DNA of 64,000 bases from Adineta vaga. Taxonomy: Eukaryota > Animalia > Rotifera. Shown in pieces: positions 1 to 14,100 of this stretch. Positions within the stretch are counted from its first letter, which is position 1; every line of letters starts with the position of its first letter. Position numbers and translations under genes: made by a program. The stretch covers positions 2,046,001 to 2,110,000 of the forward strand of contig CP075496.1 in the NCBI GenBank assembly GCA_021613535.1. Direction: 5' to 3'. Under the pieces are notes generated by a model. That model saw nothing but the letters and a program-made list of their open reading frames with translations. It had not been told where the DNA came from and did not search any database.

Positions 1-1356
1 TGCGAAAACAAGGTTCTATTCTTTCTGACTATTTCACTCCATCACATCGGTAAATCAACAGATAATTTTCTTCAAAAGAAAAAACGTTAAATAAATCTCG
101 TCTTTTGCATAATTAGTGAACCTGAAGAAGATGATGATGGAACATCTCTACCAAATGACAATAATATTGAATCTTCACGAAATCGACGACGTCGTTCAAG
201 GTAGTATTTCAAATTCTTTAATTCAATTAAAATGTGATAAAACGGAGGACAATATTGATCTTGCTGTTTTAGAGCACACGAATTGGGTGCACGAGAACAA
301 CCCGTAGGTGCAAATTCAGATTTTCAACATTCAGAATTAATGGTAACGAATTTCTAAAAAAAATCGCTATTTTATTGTTCAGATATAGTTTTTTCTGTTT
401 AGAATGTAGCAGCAAATGCAGTACCGGAACGAATGTTTAAAGTAGCTTTTATTGGTATGTATTCTTATTGGAATGTATGATGAGAGGCTGACAAAACAAA
501 ATGATATTTTTAGGCGATAGTGGAGTGGGAAAAACAAGTTTTATTCAACGATTTTGTACGGATAATTTTAAAGATTCCTTTTCTGCTACCATTGGTGTTG
601 ATCTTCAAGTAAAAATGATGAATATCGATAATCGAATTGTTGCTTTACAATTATGGGATACTGTAAGTATATAAAAAAAACGTCTTTTAGAAGAATTGCC
701 ATTGACGAAATTTTTCTTAAATCTTTTCAGGCTGGTCAAGAAAGGTTTGTTTGATAAAAATAAAATTCATATCAATTGAATTTTCATGGAATTTAATCAT
801 AGATTTCGAAGTATTACAAAACAATATTTTCGAAAATCCGATGGTGTTATACTTGTCTATGATGTAGCATCTGAAATCACATTTCGTAATGTTCGTGCGT
901 GGATGACAAGTGTTCGAGTATGTTTCAAATAGACAAATCTATTTCTTATTTATTCAAAATTGTTTAAAGGAATCGGCTGAAGATGATTGTGTAGTTGCAC
1001 TTGTGGGAAATAAGACAGATTTATGTAGTGATGATGAAAAACGACCGGTCAAGTATAAAGATGGAGCCAAATTAGCTGATGTAAATTCACTTCATTTGAA
1101 ATTGTTTTTCTTTGATTAGAATCATCTTTTTCATCTAGGAATATGGTTGTTTATTTTTTGAATGTAGTGCTAAATTAGGTACATCAGTTGTTGAAATAAT
1201 GGAAGCAATAGCTCGGTAAATGATGTAGTTTCTTCAGAGCAAAATTCTTCAATCAATCTTTTTTTTAGAATCATGCAAGATAAAGATGACAAACAACGTA
1301 AAGGTGAAAATATTGTTGATATATCATCAAAGAAGAAAAAACGTGGATGCTGCTAG
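1..1356 (+). CDS. Large Rab-domain GTPase (RASEF/CRACR2A/Rab44-like), 3' part; 5' end lies outside the window
   Basis: Spliced exons give FKVAFIGDSGVGKTS (G1), SATIGVD (G2), [26 protein letters not shown] (G3), GNKTD (G4), ECSAK (G5) and a C-terminal KKKKRGCC* prenylation motif (TAG 1354-1356). Coding exons upstream of the GTPase domain indicate a large Rab. Confidence 0.85.
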
Positions 1357-1907
1357 TCAGTTCAATGCATATCTTTCTTTCTTTTTATATTGAACAAAGC
1401 TAAATGAACACTGCTGCGCAGTTCTTTTTCTTTTCTTTTTTTTCTCTCTTTGATACGGTGTCGGGATAAATTGGGTTTGATAAAATCTACCAAGAGAAAC
1501 TGAAACGAAGAAAACAAATCTTAATAAATTGAAAGGAAATTCATCAGATGATTTAATAGACATGCACATGATAGAAACGAAGAAATTTCTTTTCGGATGA
1601 AGAAAAACGAGAGAAAAACGATATCTATTTCTTGAATTGCACGAATGACGATTACATATCTTCTATCGATAACCATACATCCGTGATTTTTTCTTTCGGG
1701 CGATCATTCTGATTGGAAAGAGATTATTCTTGCTCGATGCTCTTGACATATACAATCGAACAGTTGTCATTTACGTCTCGATACAAATAAAGAGAATCTG
1801 ATTCTTAGAAAACAAGTCAACGGGAGGTAAGGATGTTATGTTGATTGTTTCTTTTTTTCTTTCAACGAACAATTTGGTTATTCTTTTGTTTAGAATCGTT
1901 AATAATC

Positions 1908-4670
1908 ATGAGTTTTTATCTGTTTCTTTCATGTTCATTTTTTCTCTTCATTCGTTGTCAACCACGCGATGAAATTGTTGAATGTAATGATAAAAAACTC
2001 AATCAATCTCAATTGAATGCAATGACTGGCCATGAACAAGAACAACTTGTAAATAAAATTTTATCTTTAAGAATTCTTCGACGTGTTCGATTGATATGAC
2101 TAAACTAATTATCTGAAACATTTCTTTCGTATTCATCACAAAATCTTTTCAAAGATGAAAACAAATTGTTTGAATTTCCGTTTCATCAGAAATAAACATG
2201 AAAAGTTGTCTTCATAGAATAATATTTGAATCTTTAGGCAAAAACAATTCTCTATGAATATAATATCAATCTAACAACACTTGCTTATATAACATCATCT
2301 TCAGAATTCGAATCACAATTATATCTCAATGATACGAATCGAAAACGTTTTATGGTAAACTTTGACTTTGAAATCACTGGGGTTTTTTTTTCTTCAAAAT
2401 AATTTTAGGAAAAAAACTATGAAATCTATCGAAATTGTTTGAAAATTATTGCAACAGTTGCTCGACAATTTGAAAAAGTCTATGAAAATACGAATTCATC
2501 ATTATATTGGTTATTTTTACGTACACAAGCCATTGGTGATGCAGGAGAAAATGATCCAATTATTAAATTTCAATTACAAAAATTCAAAAGTCATATTAAA
2601 GAAATTTACCATCGAAAATTTATTTGGAATAATACGAAAATTGGAATTGATGGTGAAGATTTCCAATCTCTATTTCAACAAAAAGCAGAAATCAATCTTT
2701 GATTTTCGTTTAGAAGTACAAGAAATTCTTGGTAGACTCAATTCATCAGATGATCTTCTGTCTTTATGGAATGCAACGTATGAAGTTGCAGCACCTATGC
2801 GTGATTATTATCCAACACTAATTGCAATACAAAATCAACAAGCCATACAGAATCGTATCTTAGTAGTAACCCATTCTTATAGATAAATCCCTGCTTTATT
2901 TTTCGATTTATTTGTTGATAAATCCTTCCTTAGTTTCTCCTACGAAAAAATCATTCTTGGTCCATATTTATTTGTGTTTTTCTTTCTTTGCTAAGGTACG
3001 AATGAAAAAAGTGATACACCAGCTAATCTTGAAGAACGTCGAATGGTTGAACAATTATGGCAAGAATTAAAACCATTATATGAATTAATACATGCTTATT
3101 TACGACAACAAATGGCACGAATGTATCCTGACCTTATTCAATTTGATCAACCTATCCCTGTTCATTTAACAAGTCAATATTAATTCGAAAATTTTCTTTG
3201 AAAAATTTAATTTAATTCTTTCGTTTCTAGAAGATCTTTTTGGTTTAATGATGACATATCTCGAACGTGATATTCTTCCATTTCCCAATATCAATGGTAT
3301 TGATCTCGGTCCGACAATGAAACGAAAAGTTTGAAGAACAAAAAACGAATCAATCTATATTTTCATTGCTTAAAATTTCTTATTTTTTTTAGAATTTTAC
3401 TGAAGAAAACATCTTTCGATATGCTGACGAATTTTTTGTTTCATTGAATTTAACACGCGTACCTGATTCATTCTGGAATCTATCCGTTTTTAAAAAGATT
3501 CCGAATCATCATATGGCTTGTCATCCAACAGCTTTTGATCTATATAAATACGACGATGTTCGGTAGAAGTTTCTTTCAAATTGTTGAATTCATTTTCTAT
3601 TCGAAAACATTTTAGAATTCGTATGTGTACAAGTGTAACATCACGAGACTTTTATGTTGTTCATCATGAAATGGGTCATATACAACATTATCTTCAATAT
3701 AATCATTTACCATTTTGGTTTCGACGATCGCCTCATGGTGGATTTGGCGAAGGTATTGGTGATGCAATTGCTTTAGCAACAATGTCTCCAGCACATTTAA
3801 AACGTGTTGGTTTATTAGAAAATTATACATCGACAAAAGGTAATTCGATAGAACATAAATCAATATTGTTTCATTTTGATTGTGATATATTTCTTTAGAG
3901 GATAATATTAAATTCTTGGTATCACAAGGTTTAAGTCGCCTGTTTTTACCACCCTATGCATATGCACTTGATATTTGGCGATGGTCGGTTTATAATGGAT
4001 CTATTCAACCATTTGAATATAATAAACGTTATTGGGATTTAATGTAAATGAAATTCTCTTGACATTTGTTTGATATTAAATTTTGTTTCGTTTAGATGTC
4101 AATATCAAGGTATGAAACCACCGACACCTCGTAATGAACGATATTTTGATGCAGGAACCAAACTTCATGTTGCTTTTGATTTATCATATATAAAGTAAAT
4201 CGAATCTTCTAACGAATGATAAATCCTTGTTTTTAGATATTTTCTTGCACATGTTTTTCAATTTCAAATTTTCGATGTTCTCTGTCGAGAAGCTGGCCAT
4301 CAAGGACCATTACATCTATGTGATTTACATGGTTCAATTGCAGCTGGAAAAAAACTAAAGTAGATTTTCGATTTTTCAAGAATTGATTTGTTTATGAAAC
4401 TTGTGTTTAACTCTTAGAATTTTATTGGGTTTGGGCTCATCAAAACCTTGGGAAGATATTCTAGAAGAATTTGCTGGTGTACGAACATTTTCTGCTCAAT
4501 CATGTTTGAAATATTTTCAACCATTACGAGATTATCTTGAAGAATTAGTTGCAAAGGGTGAATTAAAAGTTGGATGGAAATGTGAAAGTAATCAATCTTC
4601 AAGAAAACAAATAAACATCTATTCCCTTATATATCTCCTCTTTCTTTTTTCAAAATTTTCTTTTCATTAG
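1908..4670 (+). CDS. Single-domain angiotensin-converting-enzyme-like zinc peptidase (family M2), signal peptide, hydrophobic C-tail
   Basis: Multi-exon. Motifs [35 protein letters not shown] (HEXXH), GFGEGIGD (third Zn ligand Glu), [22 protein letters not shown]-terminus [17 protein letters not shown] is hydrophobic. Confidence 0.93.
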
Positions 4671-5015
4671 AAGATAAATATCCATTTTGTCTTGTTACTT
4701 GTCTCCTCAACTATATCTTTTCTTATCTTATAGGTGAAACAATAAATAAAGAAAAAAGTCGCGAATATCATCGAAGTTATCTTTCTATTTTTAGCTAAAA
4801 ATGTCGATAGATGATAGTTCACCAAAACTAGATCTACATTCGATTGAATATTCCATCTGTTCTTTTGTAATTTATTAATTTATATATGAAAAAACAAAAG
4901 TTAGTAAAAAATCACAGCAAATAAATAATAATTCGTTCAAAAAAACAATTAGGATATTATCAAGCACCAAAATAAATTTGAGATTAATAACATAAGTAGT
5001 ATTAAAGAAATCGGA

Positions 5016-6651
5016 TTAAAACTTTGAAGAAAATTTCCCGAAAATATTTTTCACTGCATTATCTAAAAGATCATCTACTCCATCGGGTAATTTATCCGTA
5101 ATATGTTTCTTAATTTTATCTTGAATAATATCATCCGCTAACATACGTAATAATTCCGGATATCGTTCTTTAATTTCTTGAAAGAATTCTTCTGGTGAAT
5201 TTAATTTTAATTTCGAATTTTTTAATAAATCAACAATTTTATTAATAAAAACACGTAATTTACTTAAATAATTCGTACCACATATAAGTTTATACAATGG
5301 ATGTAAACTAGAGAATTTCTCGAGAATCTGTGTACATTCATCGATATGATTTGATAATGGTTGTAAAACATCATCTTCATTTTTTAAAGCAAGAATTCCA
5401 TAAGTTAAAATCAATTCAATATTTTGCATCATATGTCCAATAGCACCGACTTCTTTCACAGTATTTGCAGCTGAGACTTCAACAGCATCAGAACGAGATG
5501 GATCAATATTTGTACTTGCTAACATCGGTTCATTTGAATCAACAACAGCATCAGCCTGAAGATTCATTTTGTCGTAAGAATAAAGAAGAATTGAAAACTT
5601 ACTTGAGCTGCAACTTGTGCACCATGCTTTTGAATAAGATTATCATCGAGTTTATTCGCTGCTTGATAGAAACGTTCGAATGAATTCAAAGCTTTTTCAA
5701 CTACAGGAGCTTTAGTACCAAATTTTGATAGTTTTCGATGAATTTTTGTTGTCATTTCTAATGGTGCAAATCGATCATTTGTCGAACGTTTATCACCTAG
5801 AAATATTTTATAACGATCATATCATAAAGATAAAAAAAGAATACTTTTTTTATATTCTAACTTACCTGTAAGAGCTAATCGACCAAATAGTGAACTTAAT
5901 TGTTGACCAACTTGATCAATTAATGCTCGTACGGTTTCCGCAATTTTTTGTAAATCCATGATATTCGACATATCAATATGAAAGAATTTACAGAAGACAT
6001 CGATGATTTGTCCGAGAAAATCTAATATACGACCAATACCAAGTTCACCTAATTTCTCATCGATAACACCAAGAATTGTATTGAACTAAAATTCATTCTC
6101 ATAAATCTTTCGTTTATTTATTTCTATATTTAGTTTCTTACTCTTCCCAATAGCATTCCCGTTCCACAACATAATAAACCGATAATACCTAAATTTCCAT
6201 GTTCAGTGAGAGCTTCTCTTGCTTCATTCAATTGATTTTCAATTACTCGAAGTATTTCCGGATGTTCAGCAAATATAACACAAGCCAAACCAGATACTGA
6301 CTCATAAATTTGTATACTTGATAGAAATGTTGCAACTACAGGTGGCATTTGTGTAAAACCAGCTTGTTGAACTGTATCATAGAATTGTTTAATAATTGAA
6401 AAATGTTGTTTCATCGGACGAATATCATCACCATTTGCTGACGTTGTTTCAGTTGCACTGGGTAAATATTCACAAACCTTCTTTGTCCATTCACAAAGTT
6501 GTGTAGCATCAAGTCGTAGAATTAATGAATTATCCGTATTAGAATCTTGTTGAAATCGACCAATAAATGTACGTAATTTATCAATATTCGGTGTTTCCAC
6601 AGGTTCACCTCCATCATTATTTTGACCGCCCAAACATGAAAGAAGATTCAT
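5016..6651 (-). CDS. Uncharacterised alpha-helical protein (~490 aa, 4 exons) with apparent two-fold internal repeat
   Basis: Exons ~6651-6142, ~6085-5866, ~5797-5603 and ~5555-5016 join in phase through GT-AG introns into one ORF. No family recognised. Confidence 0.75.
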
Positions 6652-6857
6652 TTTACAACGGTTTTCGTCCTCCTTATGTTCTGATTACTATTTCTTGTTC
6701 TGTCTATTGATATAGCGTAGGTAGATACATGAAAAGACATTTTTTCATTGGCCGATCGATTCCAAAAAGAAAACAGAACACATATTCTCTCTTTACAACT
6801 CAGTTGTCGCTGTGAATCGATCTCTCCTGATTAACACTTTATTTTTCTCAAGAAATT

Positions 6858-7208
6858 TCAATAATAAAAAATAGCAAATGCACTCGCTATACAAATGAAA
6901 TCTTGATTAATATAAATCGATTGTGCACATTTATCTGTATCCGAATCCCAATAAGCTCGACAATTCATTTGTAAGTTTTCATTATATTCTTGACAAATAA
7001 GAATTTGTATAATAAATTTATATCGTTCATAACCGAATGTTTTCAATGTTTCTTTAATTCGATGAGCTAAATCTTTACTTAACGAATGACATTGACTTGA
7101 ATCATATTGTTTATCATGTAAATATTCATGAAGAATTTCATGAAGACAATTTTTAACGTCTTGACAATTGAAAATTTTTCGTGGTAAACTTTGAATCTTG
7201 TCTGGCAT
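6858..7208 (-). CDS. Tctex-1 domain dynein light chain (TCTEX1D/DYNLT2B-like), intronless
   Basis: 116 aa with YDSSQC..LSK.LA..IK, GYERYKFIIQ, CRAYWDSDTD and FICIASAFAIFYY, the Tctex-1 pattern. Confidence 0.88.
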   Translation of the reverse strand: MPDKIQSLPRKIFNCQDVKNCLHEILHEYLHDKQYDSSQCHSLSKDLAHRIKETLKTFGYERYKFIIQILICQEYNENLQMNCRAYWDSDTDKCAQSIYINQDFICIASAFAIFYY

Positions 7209-7319
7209 GTCGCAAAAATATTTTCAAGAGCGCGTTGAAAAACAAAAGAAAAGAAATGATTTTTATTCTTGTAATATCATAAAAAAAGAAAAGAAAAGAA
7301 AAACGATAGCACGATGAAA

Positions 7320-9299
7320 TTAACTTGAATGTGTATTATAATGACGAGAATAGAGTCGTTCAATTGGAATATCTTTACTGAAAATATGTGGAGCTTGAAA
7401 GAGAGTTAAATATGAACCAATTGTAGTTAAAAAAATAAATACTATTAAACAACATCGATCGATAACAAGTGCAATATATCGCCAACCCTCTCTTTCCTAT
7501 TAAAATGAGAGAACATCTACAAATAATAATTGATTAGAAAAGAATACTTACGATATCATCTCGTTGAGCTTCACGTTGAGTTTCACTTATATATCGAATA
7601 TCTCGAATGGCTTGTTGAATAGTCGGAGGATATTTTTCAATGGATTTATTTTTTAAATATCGACTTAAACGATGTAAACTATCCTCTGTTGTTGATAAGG
7701 ATAATTCTTCATCACGTTTATCAGATTTTAATTGTGACATCGCTGTTGCGATATGTGGCTTGGACATTAGTATAAATGGTGGAATTATTTCGAAAAACCA
7801 TCGTTTTACCCAATCAGGCATGTAATGAGTATTTGGATGACGCCAATGGATATTTAATGTTATAATTGTAATAAAGATAGAAGCATTGACAAGAACTAAT
7901 GTAAATAATAAATATGTTCCAAGTAAAGAAAGTGTAAATGATGTTGGTGGAATAAGATCGACGAGTAGAAGATAGAAAACTTGTAATGCGACAAAGATTG
8001 ATATTGATAATGTTAATTTTTCACCTGAATCACCTGAAAAAGAGAATATCTTCTTGCAAAAGAATGAAATGTGTTGTTTTTGTTTTACTTACTAGGTAAG
8101 TAAAAGACAAGAATAGTAAGAAAAGCAATATTAACACAAGGTACAACAAGATTAACCATATAAAACAATGGTTTACGTCGAATACGTAATGTAAATGTTA
8201 CATCAAAATATGGATCATCTTGACAACAATCATAAATAAGAACATGACGAGCTGCATCCTAAAACATAAATTCAATGAATTCAAATTTGAACATATTTAA
8301 TGAGAGATATTTGTCATTCAATTTCTGACAGCTGTCCTGTTACTTATTATAAAGTACTTTTCAAGTATCTATTCCTATTATCTACTCTACAGATGGTGCA
8401 ATTGAATACAAGAATGATTAGTTGTTCGAGAGAATTTATTTCTATTTACAGCAGATAGAATATCCCATTCAATTGATGGATAATAATCAGTCAGATCAAC
8501 ACCAACAGCAATGAATATTTGTCCTGATTTATGTGAAAGATCAACCTAGAATTGAAAATAATCGTTTTGGAATCCAAATGAATTGATTGTTTACTAGATT
8601 TCCATCATGTGACCATGTTCCGAATTTCATGGCACATTTTTGAACATCAAATGGATAATATTGGATATCAATAGCACAATATGATTTGTAAATAACAGGT
8701 GGATGCCATTTAATTGTTCCATTCCAAAACTATCAATAAGAATTTATTTTCTTAGAAATTCAAAATAAGAAACAAAGTTATTTTTAGTCAAATTTACCAC
8801 ATGAGCTTTAGTGATTGTATTGACTTCATAGGTTCCATCAGCATTATTATATAGAACAATATCTGGTACCCAAATATCTGATGAAGGAATTTCTACAACA
8901 TCAATATCACCATATTGACTTGGTATCCATGTTAATTTGTAATCCGTCCATTCCTTGAAAAGAGAATTCGATTTTCTTTCGAGAAAAACAAAAGAAGAAG
9001 TTATTTTTTACATGTTCAAGCCAAACATTTGTTGTCATTATTTGATTTCTTTCATCAATATCTGATAATTGAGATAATTTCAAACCTAATTTAACATTCA
9101 CTGTTTGATTTATCGATGGAACAGGTAAAACAAAACGATTATAATCTTTCATAAGTTCATGTAATAATCTTTTTGCTTCAGCATTTCCTTGAACGTCTAC
9201 AATGAACGAAAGAATATTTTTCGACTTATTTTTCCAAATAATCTTACCAGATTTAAATAAAATGAAAACTTGTATTACAATCGTTATTAAACGAATCAT
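7320..9299 (-). CDS. Nicotinic acetylcholine receptor alpha subunit (Cys-loop ligand-gated channel)
   Basis: [32 protein letters not shown], Cys-loop, loop C vicinal cysteines (YDCCQDDPY), RRKPLFY, DSGEK before M2, and M4 in the last exon. Stop TAA at 7322-7320. Confidence 0.95.
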
Positions 9300-11141
9300 A
9301 ATAATGTTTCTATATTCTTATTTGATCAAATAATAATATAACTAACATTAACTCGATGATTGCCATATTCAGTCGTTAAGATGATGAAAGACAAAGTACA
9401 CTTTGTTGATGACGTTCTGTTTATATACGAGACTTTGGAAGACAATCAATGACGATCGATAGCTAGACATTAAGAGTAAAAGAAGAAATAACGACAGTAG
9501 CATATGGACGAAGTCATCAGCAGAAAATAACTAAAAGAATAAGAAGAAGAAGAAGAAGGAAGAAAGGCCAGAATATTATTCTTTTTCTTCTCTTTTTTTA
9601 ATACTATCATTACGATCATAAATATTCGTAGAAATCTCGGTTTAACTTACCCAATTAGTCGAATAGGGAAGTTAGTTTTGTCGGAATTGAGATGCGAAAA
9701 GACAGACAAATGTTCTTCACTCTTTCACTCTCTCTCTCTCTACGTATGTGTATTCGATTGACTAATAAGGAAGATGAAGCACGCGTTCTTTCTCGTATGT
9801 TTCCCTAGAGGAACAAATCAATCGGAAACGTTAAATCAACAGTAGCAAAGATGCAGAAGATCTTTGCGACTGTTGTTATTATTAGAGAAAAGAAAGAAAA
9901 AAGAAGAATAAGAACAAGAAATGTCGATGAAAGACAAGCAAAAGAAATATAAATTCGCACTCAGAAGAGTATATTACATTGCTCTATGTCTAGTTCTGTT
10001 CTTTTCTTTCTCACTAGTTCCGTTTTCTTTTTCCTTTCCTCGGAATATTTGTCTAAAAATTTATCTTGATGGTGCTGATTATATGCAGAATAATGATGAC
10101 ATAACATTATATTGATAGAAAGAAAAAGAAGTAGAGTACTAATAAGTATCTATTTTCAACTCACTAGAGAATATTCATAAACATAAGTCGAAATAAATTT
10201 TCTTCTTCAACAACAATAGGAATCATATAAAAATAAAAGATATTTTTCGTTGCATATTTGATTGGAATTAACTATCGTATGTAAAGAAATGAATAAGTGA
10301 GCTTTATATCAAAAGACTGAAATCAGAGCTGAGAATTGTGTGAGTACGGAGGCGATGTACCATCAATGACTTATATAGACAGATATTGTTGTTTTAGGAA
10401 TTTGAATACATGATACTACTTTTCATAAATCTGTTGACTTAAGGTCATATAGAAGTGTTTTACATAATCTTGTTATTCATTCTTATCTATGATAGTTCTT
10501 TTTTCATTGTTGATTTTCAACCCATAATAAAATACAATTCTTCACTTTCGAATTTCTCTCAATTTCCTATATATATAAGCAATTTTTAATACCATTATGA
10601 AAATTTCTATTCAAAGTTAAGTATTTCACGATCAGAATAGTAACAAACATGTTTTTCATTTGACCTGCCAAGGATGACAACTATTATTCTTGCCATATTC
10701 ACATTACAATACAAAAATTCAATCTTCTTACTTGTCAAACTAACGTTTCCCTTGTGTGAAGATGATAATTTTCATTGAAAATTTTATTTATACAAAAGAA
10801 AACACATTATTGATTAATCATCTAATCATTGAGTTGATAGTTCATATTCAAAACACATAAACAAAAACACGCGCACACACACTGTTGCATTTTCTCACCT
10901 AGTTTACCAGAAAAAGAAAAACAATGTACTAGAAGAATAAACATACTCAGTGCAGACAAAGAAATCAAAAAAGGAAAATGAAGTCAATCTCTACGGAAAA
11001 AAAATAAGACTGAATAGTGGCAGAAAAAAAGAAACATAAGTTCGCTAAAGATCTTTCTTAGATAACAAATAGTAAACTGAAGAATAGAAATTTGTATAAA
11101 AACAAAAAAAAAGAAAACGAAAATGGTAAAAATAAAACAAT

Positions 11142-14100
11142 TTAGATTTTTTCTTTTGATGGAATCCAAGCATGAGTAACAGATTCTTCATGTTTCATAA
11201 CTTCACACATACGATCATAAACATCACTCAATGTTGCTGCTTCGATCGTTGCTAAAATCAAACATCACATTTGATTTCGTTAATTCTCTTCGATATTCTT
11301 ACCTGTGAATAGATCACCGAATACGTGTTCAACTTTAGTTGCTTTTTCAAAAAGTTGTTGAGCATGTTCTTCATTTGCTTCTTCTCCCATATTATCCCTA
11401 TTAGATGAAAAGTTTCAATCAATTATATGGAACAATCTTTCGAAATGTCTTCTTACATAATCCATTTAACATCACGCGGTTTGACATAAATGACAATTGG
11501 ATAGAGACCAGCTGTAATCAAACGTCGGATTGCATAACCACTAACATCCAAAATACAATGTTTTTGCTACAAAAGAAAAAGAATTTCTGTAATTCATTTG
11601 TTGTTTCTCGATCAAATTTTCACATACATTATTCGCTACATCGCGAACAGCTTGAACACTAGTACCATATAGATTTCCTCCATATTCTCCTGCTTCAATG
11701 AATAAATACTGTTGAATATCTCGTTCCATTTGCTCTCGTGATGAAACAAAGAAATATTCTCGACCTTCAACTTCCTTTTCACGTTTAGTTCGACTTGTAT
11801 CTAAAAACGAACATCATTCTATTAATATCGAAACTTAATCATCGTCTATAGAGAATACGTACGTGGAACACAATTAGCATATTTATCGGGTCTGTCATTA
11901 AGAAATTGATCTGTAAGAATTTCTTTAAATGGACCAAATATGATAACTGGTCTTGTATAATCAACTAAATAATGTAAATATTTATTTTATCATCTGTTTT
12001 CTGTCAACAAGATTCCTAATTATTATTTCATCGCTTCGAATTCTATTTAAAGATAGAAGTCTTCTGACAACTATTCGTCTTTCTAATCTCGAGGTAATAA
12101 AAGATATAGAAATTGACAAAATCTTTTAGCTAAATAAGTTATTTCTATCCTAAGCCGAGATTGAAAGCAAGACAAAAGAAAAGTAGCTTACTTTCATGTT
12201 GAACAACTAATTCATATGATAGAGTAGGTTCAGAATTTTCAGGTTCATTTTCCGATTCTTCACCTGATTGAGTTTCTTTTTTATCACTACTTTTATTGAA
12301 TATACCAAATTTTTTCTTCTTCTTTTTATCTCGTTCAAGTGTATTACTCTAGAAATAAATTGCAATTTGTCTAGATTTTCTTCATGTAAATAGAACATAC
12401 TCGACTATGACTACGGTTTTGGTTAAAATTAACACGTTTTTGTCTTGCACGGTCTCGTTTTTCAATACGAGATTTTGATGGAATTATACCAGTTTCTTCT
12501 TCTACATATCCATTTGTTAAACGTTTTGCTTGCCACCATGAATCGTCAGCTGCATTGGTAACATGCAAAATATCACCTGCATGAAATGCTAAACCAGGTC
12601 CGCCTGGTAAACTTGGATCTTTTGTTGGATCATAATCGAATTCCGCTCTTAGATGAAAGGAAGAAAAAAAAAGTATTTTGGCTTCTCTAGACAAAATCAT
12701 CTTCATACCGAACATAAAATTGTCGTTTTGTTGAAGTTTTCAAACTACCTGTACTACCAGCGGTTTCACTAGTCATTTTATTCCGTTGTTCATCATTACG
12801 ATTTTCAACTCGAACTAAATCTAATTTTAAAAGAGTAATTCTTCACATGATTTTTATATAGAAAAAAACAAACCATTGTATTTATGAACAACATGGAAAG
12901 TGGCTGTTTCACCACAATTTTTCAGCACCGATGCTGCTTCTTCATGAGAAGCTCCACGTAAATCTATATTGTTCACCGACAATATTCGGTCACCTATACG
13001 TAATTCACCTGATTTATCAGCTGCACCGCCTGGTTGTATTAACGATATGTAAATTCCTTTTTCTAAAAACAAAATAAAAACTATTTGACAATGAAAAATT
13101 TTCTATATACCTTGTTTGCCATCTGCACCATGAATATGAAAACCAAAACCAGTTGGACCCCGTCGAAGTACAACTCGATGTTCGCTAAACAAAGAACATG
13201 CAAAATATGTTATCTTCTATTAGTATTAATCACAATTGACACATTGCATGTCTGTTCACTGTCATATCTTGTGTCACTCATCAACGACACTCGTATTTCA
13301 TGTCAAATTATTTCAAAAACTTTTCAATGAAATCCTTCATATTTCTCAATTCTTTTACTTACTCAGTTGGTTCTACTTGTTGTTCTTGAGTTGCTGATGG
13401 ATATCCATTAATTTGATCTGTTAAAATTTGAACATCAGATGAATAGTCAGTTGGATGACCAACAAGTAAAGTTATTGTTTGTCCTTCATCACAAGCACGA
13501 CGAATGGACTCGACTGCATGTCGATGTTCAACAAATTCCAAATCATAACTATTTTTCTAGAAGAAGAAATTTTTTTCACAAAACAAAATTCAACAAAAAT
13601 CGTCATACCGCTGATTGTACATGTACTAAACGATCACCAACTTTTAATCTTCCATTTTTATCCGCAATTCCTCCTGGAATAATATTTGTAATGAATATTC
13701 CATGATCACTAAAAATGTCAACAAACAATAAACATCTGTCCTGTTTGTTTTTTGTTTCAATTAAAAAAGAAACAAACCCTTTGACATATTCATTACTAAT
13801 TCCACCAGCTATTGAAAAACCTAGATGAACATTGGGTGGTTTTTCTAATTCAATTTCTTCCATAGCTGGTGGTTGTAAACGACGAACTAACTAAAAGATA
13901 AAAAAGGATATTTTTACAAAGATTTTCTTTCATAATTTACCAAAACCACATCATTTCCCGCTGCTTTTAAACTCTCAACAGCTGCTTGATGTTCAATATG
14001 AGTAAAATCACTATCATTAACACGTAAAATAATATCATGTAATCTAAAATATGAAAATCATCTCAAATTTAACTTGAATTTATTATTAAATTTTACTTTA

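Noticed and set aside
6652-6676. Shine-Dalgarno-like TAAGGAGG upstream of the orphan gene ATG (minus strand)
   Set aside because: The 17-nt spacing is too long and the gene has spliceosomal introns; probably chance.
9541-9741. (GAA)n and (CT)n tracts, with similar ones near 51410-51440 and 52055-52070
   Set aside because: Ordinary short microsatellites; no repeat-spacer organisation, so not CRISPR.
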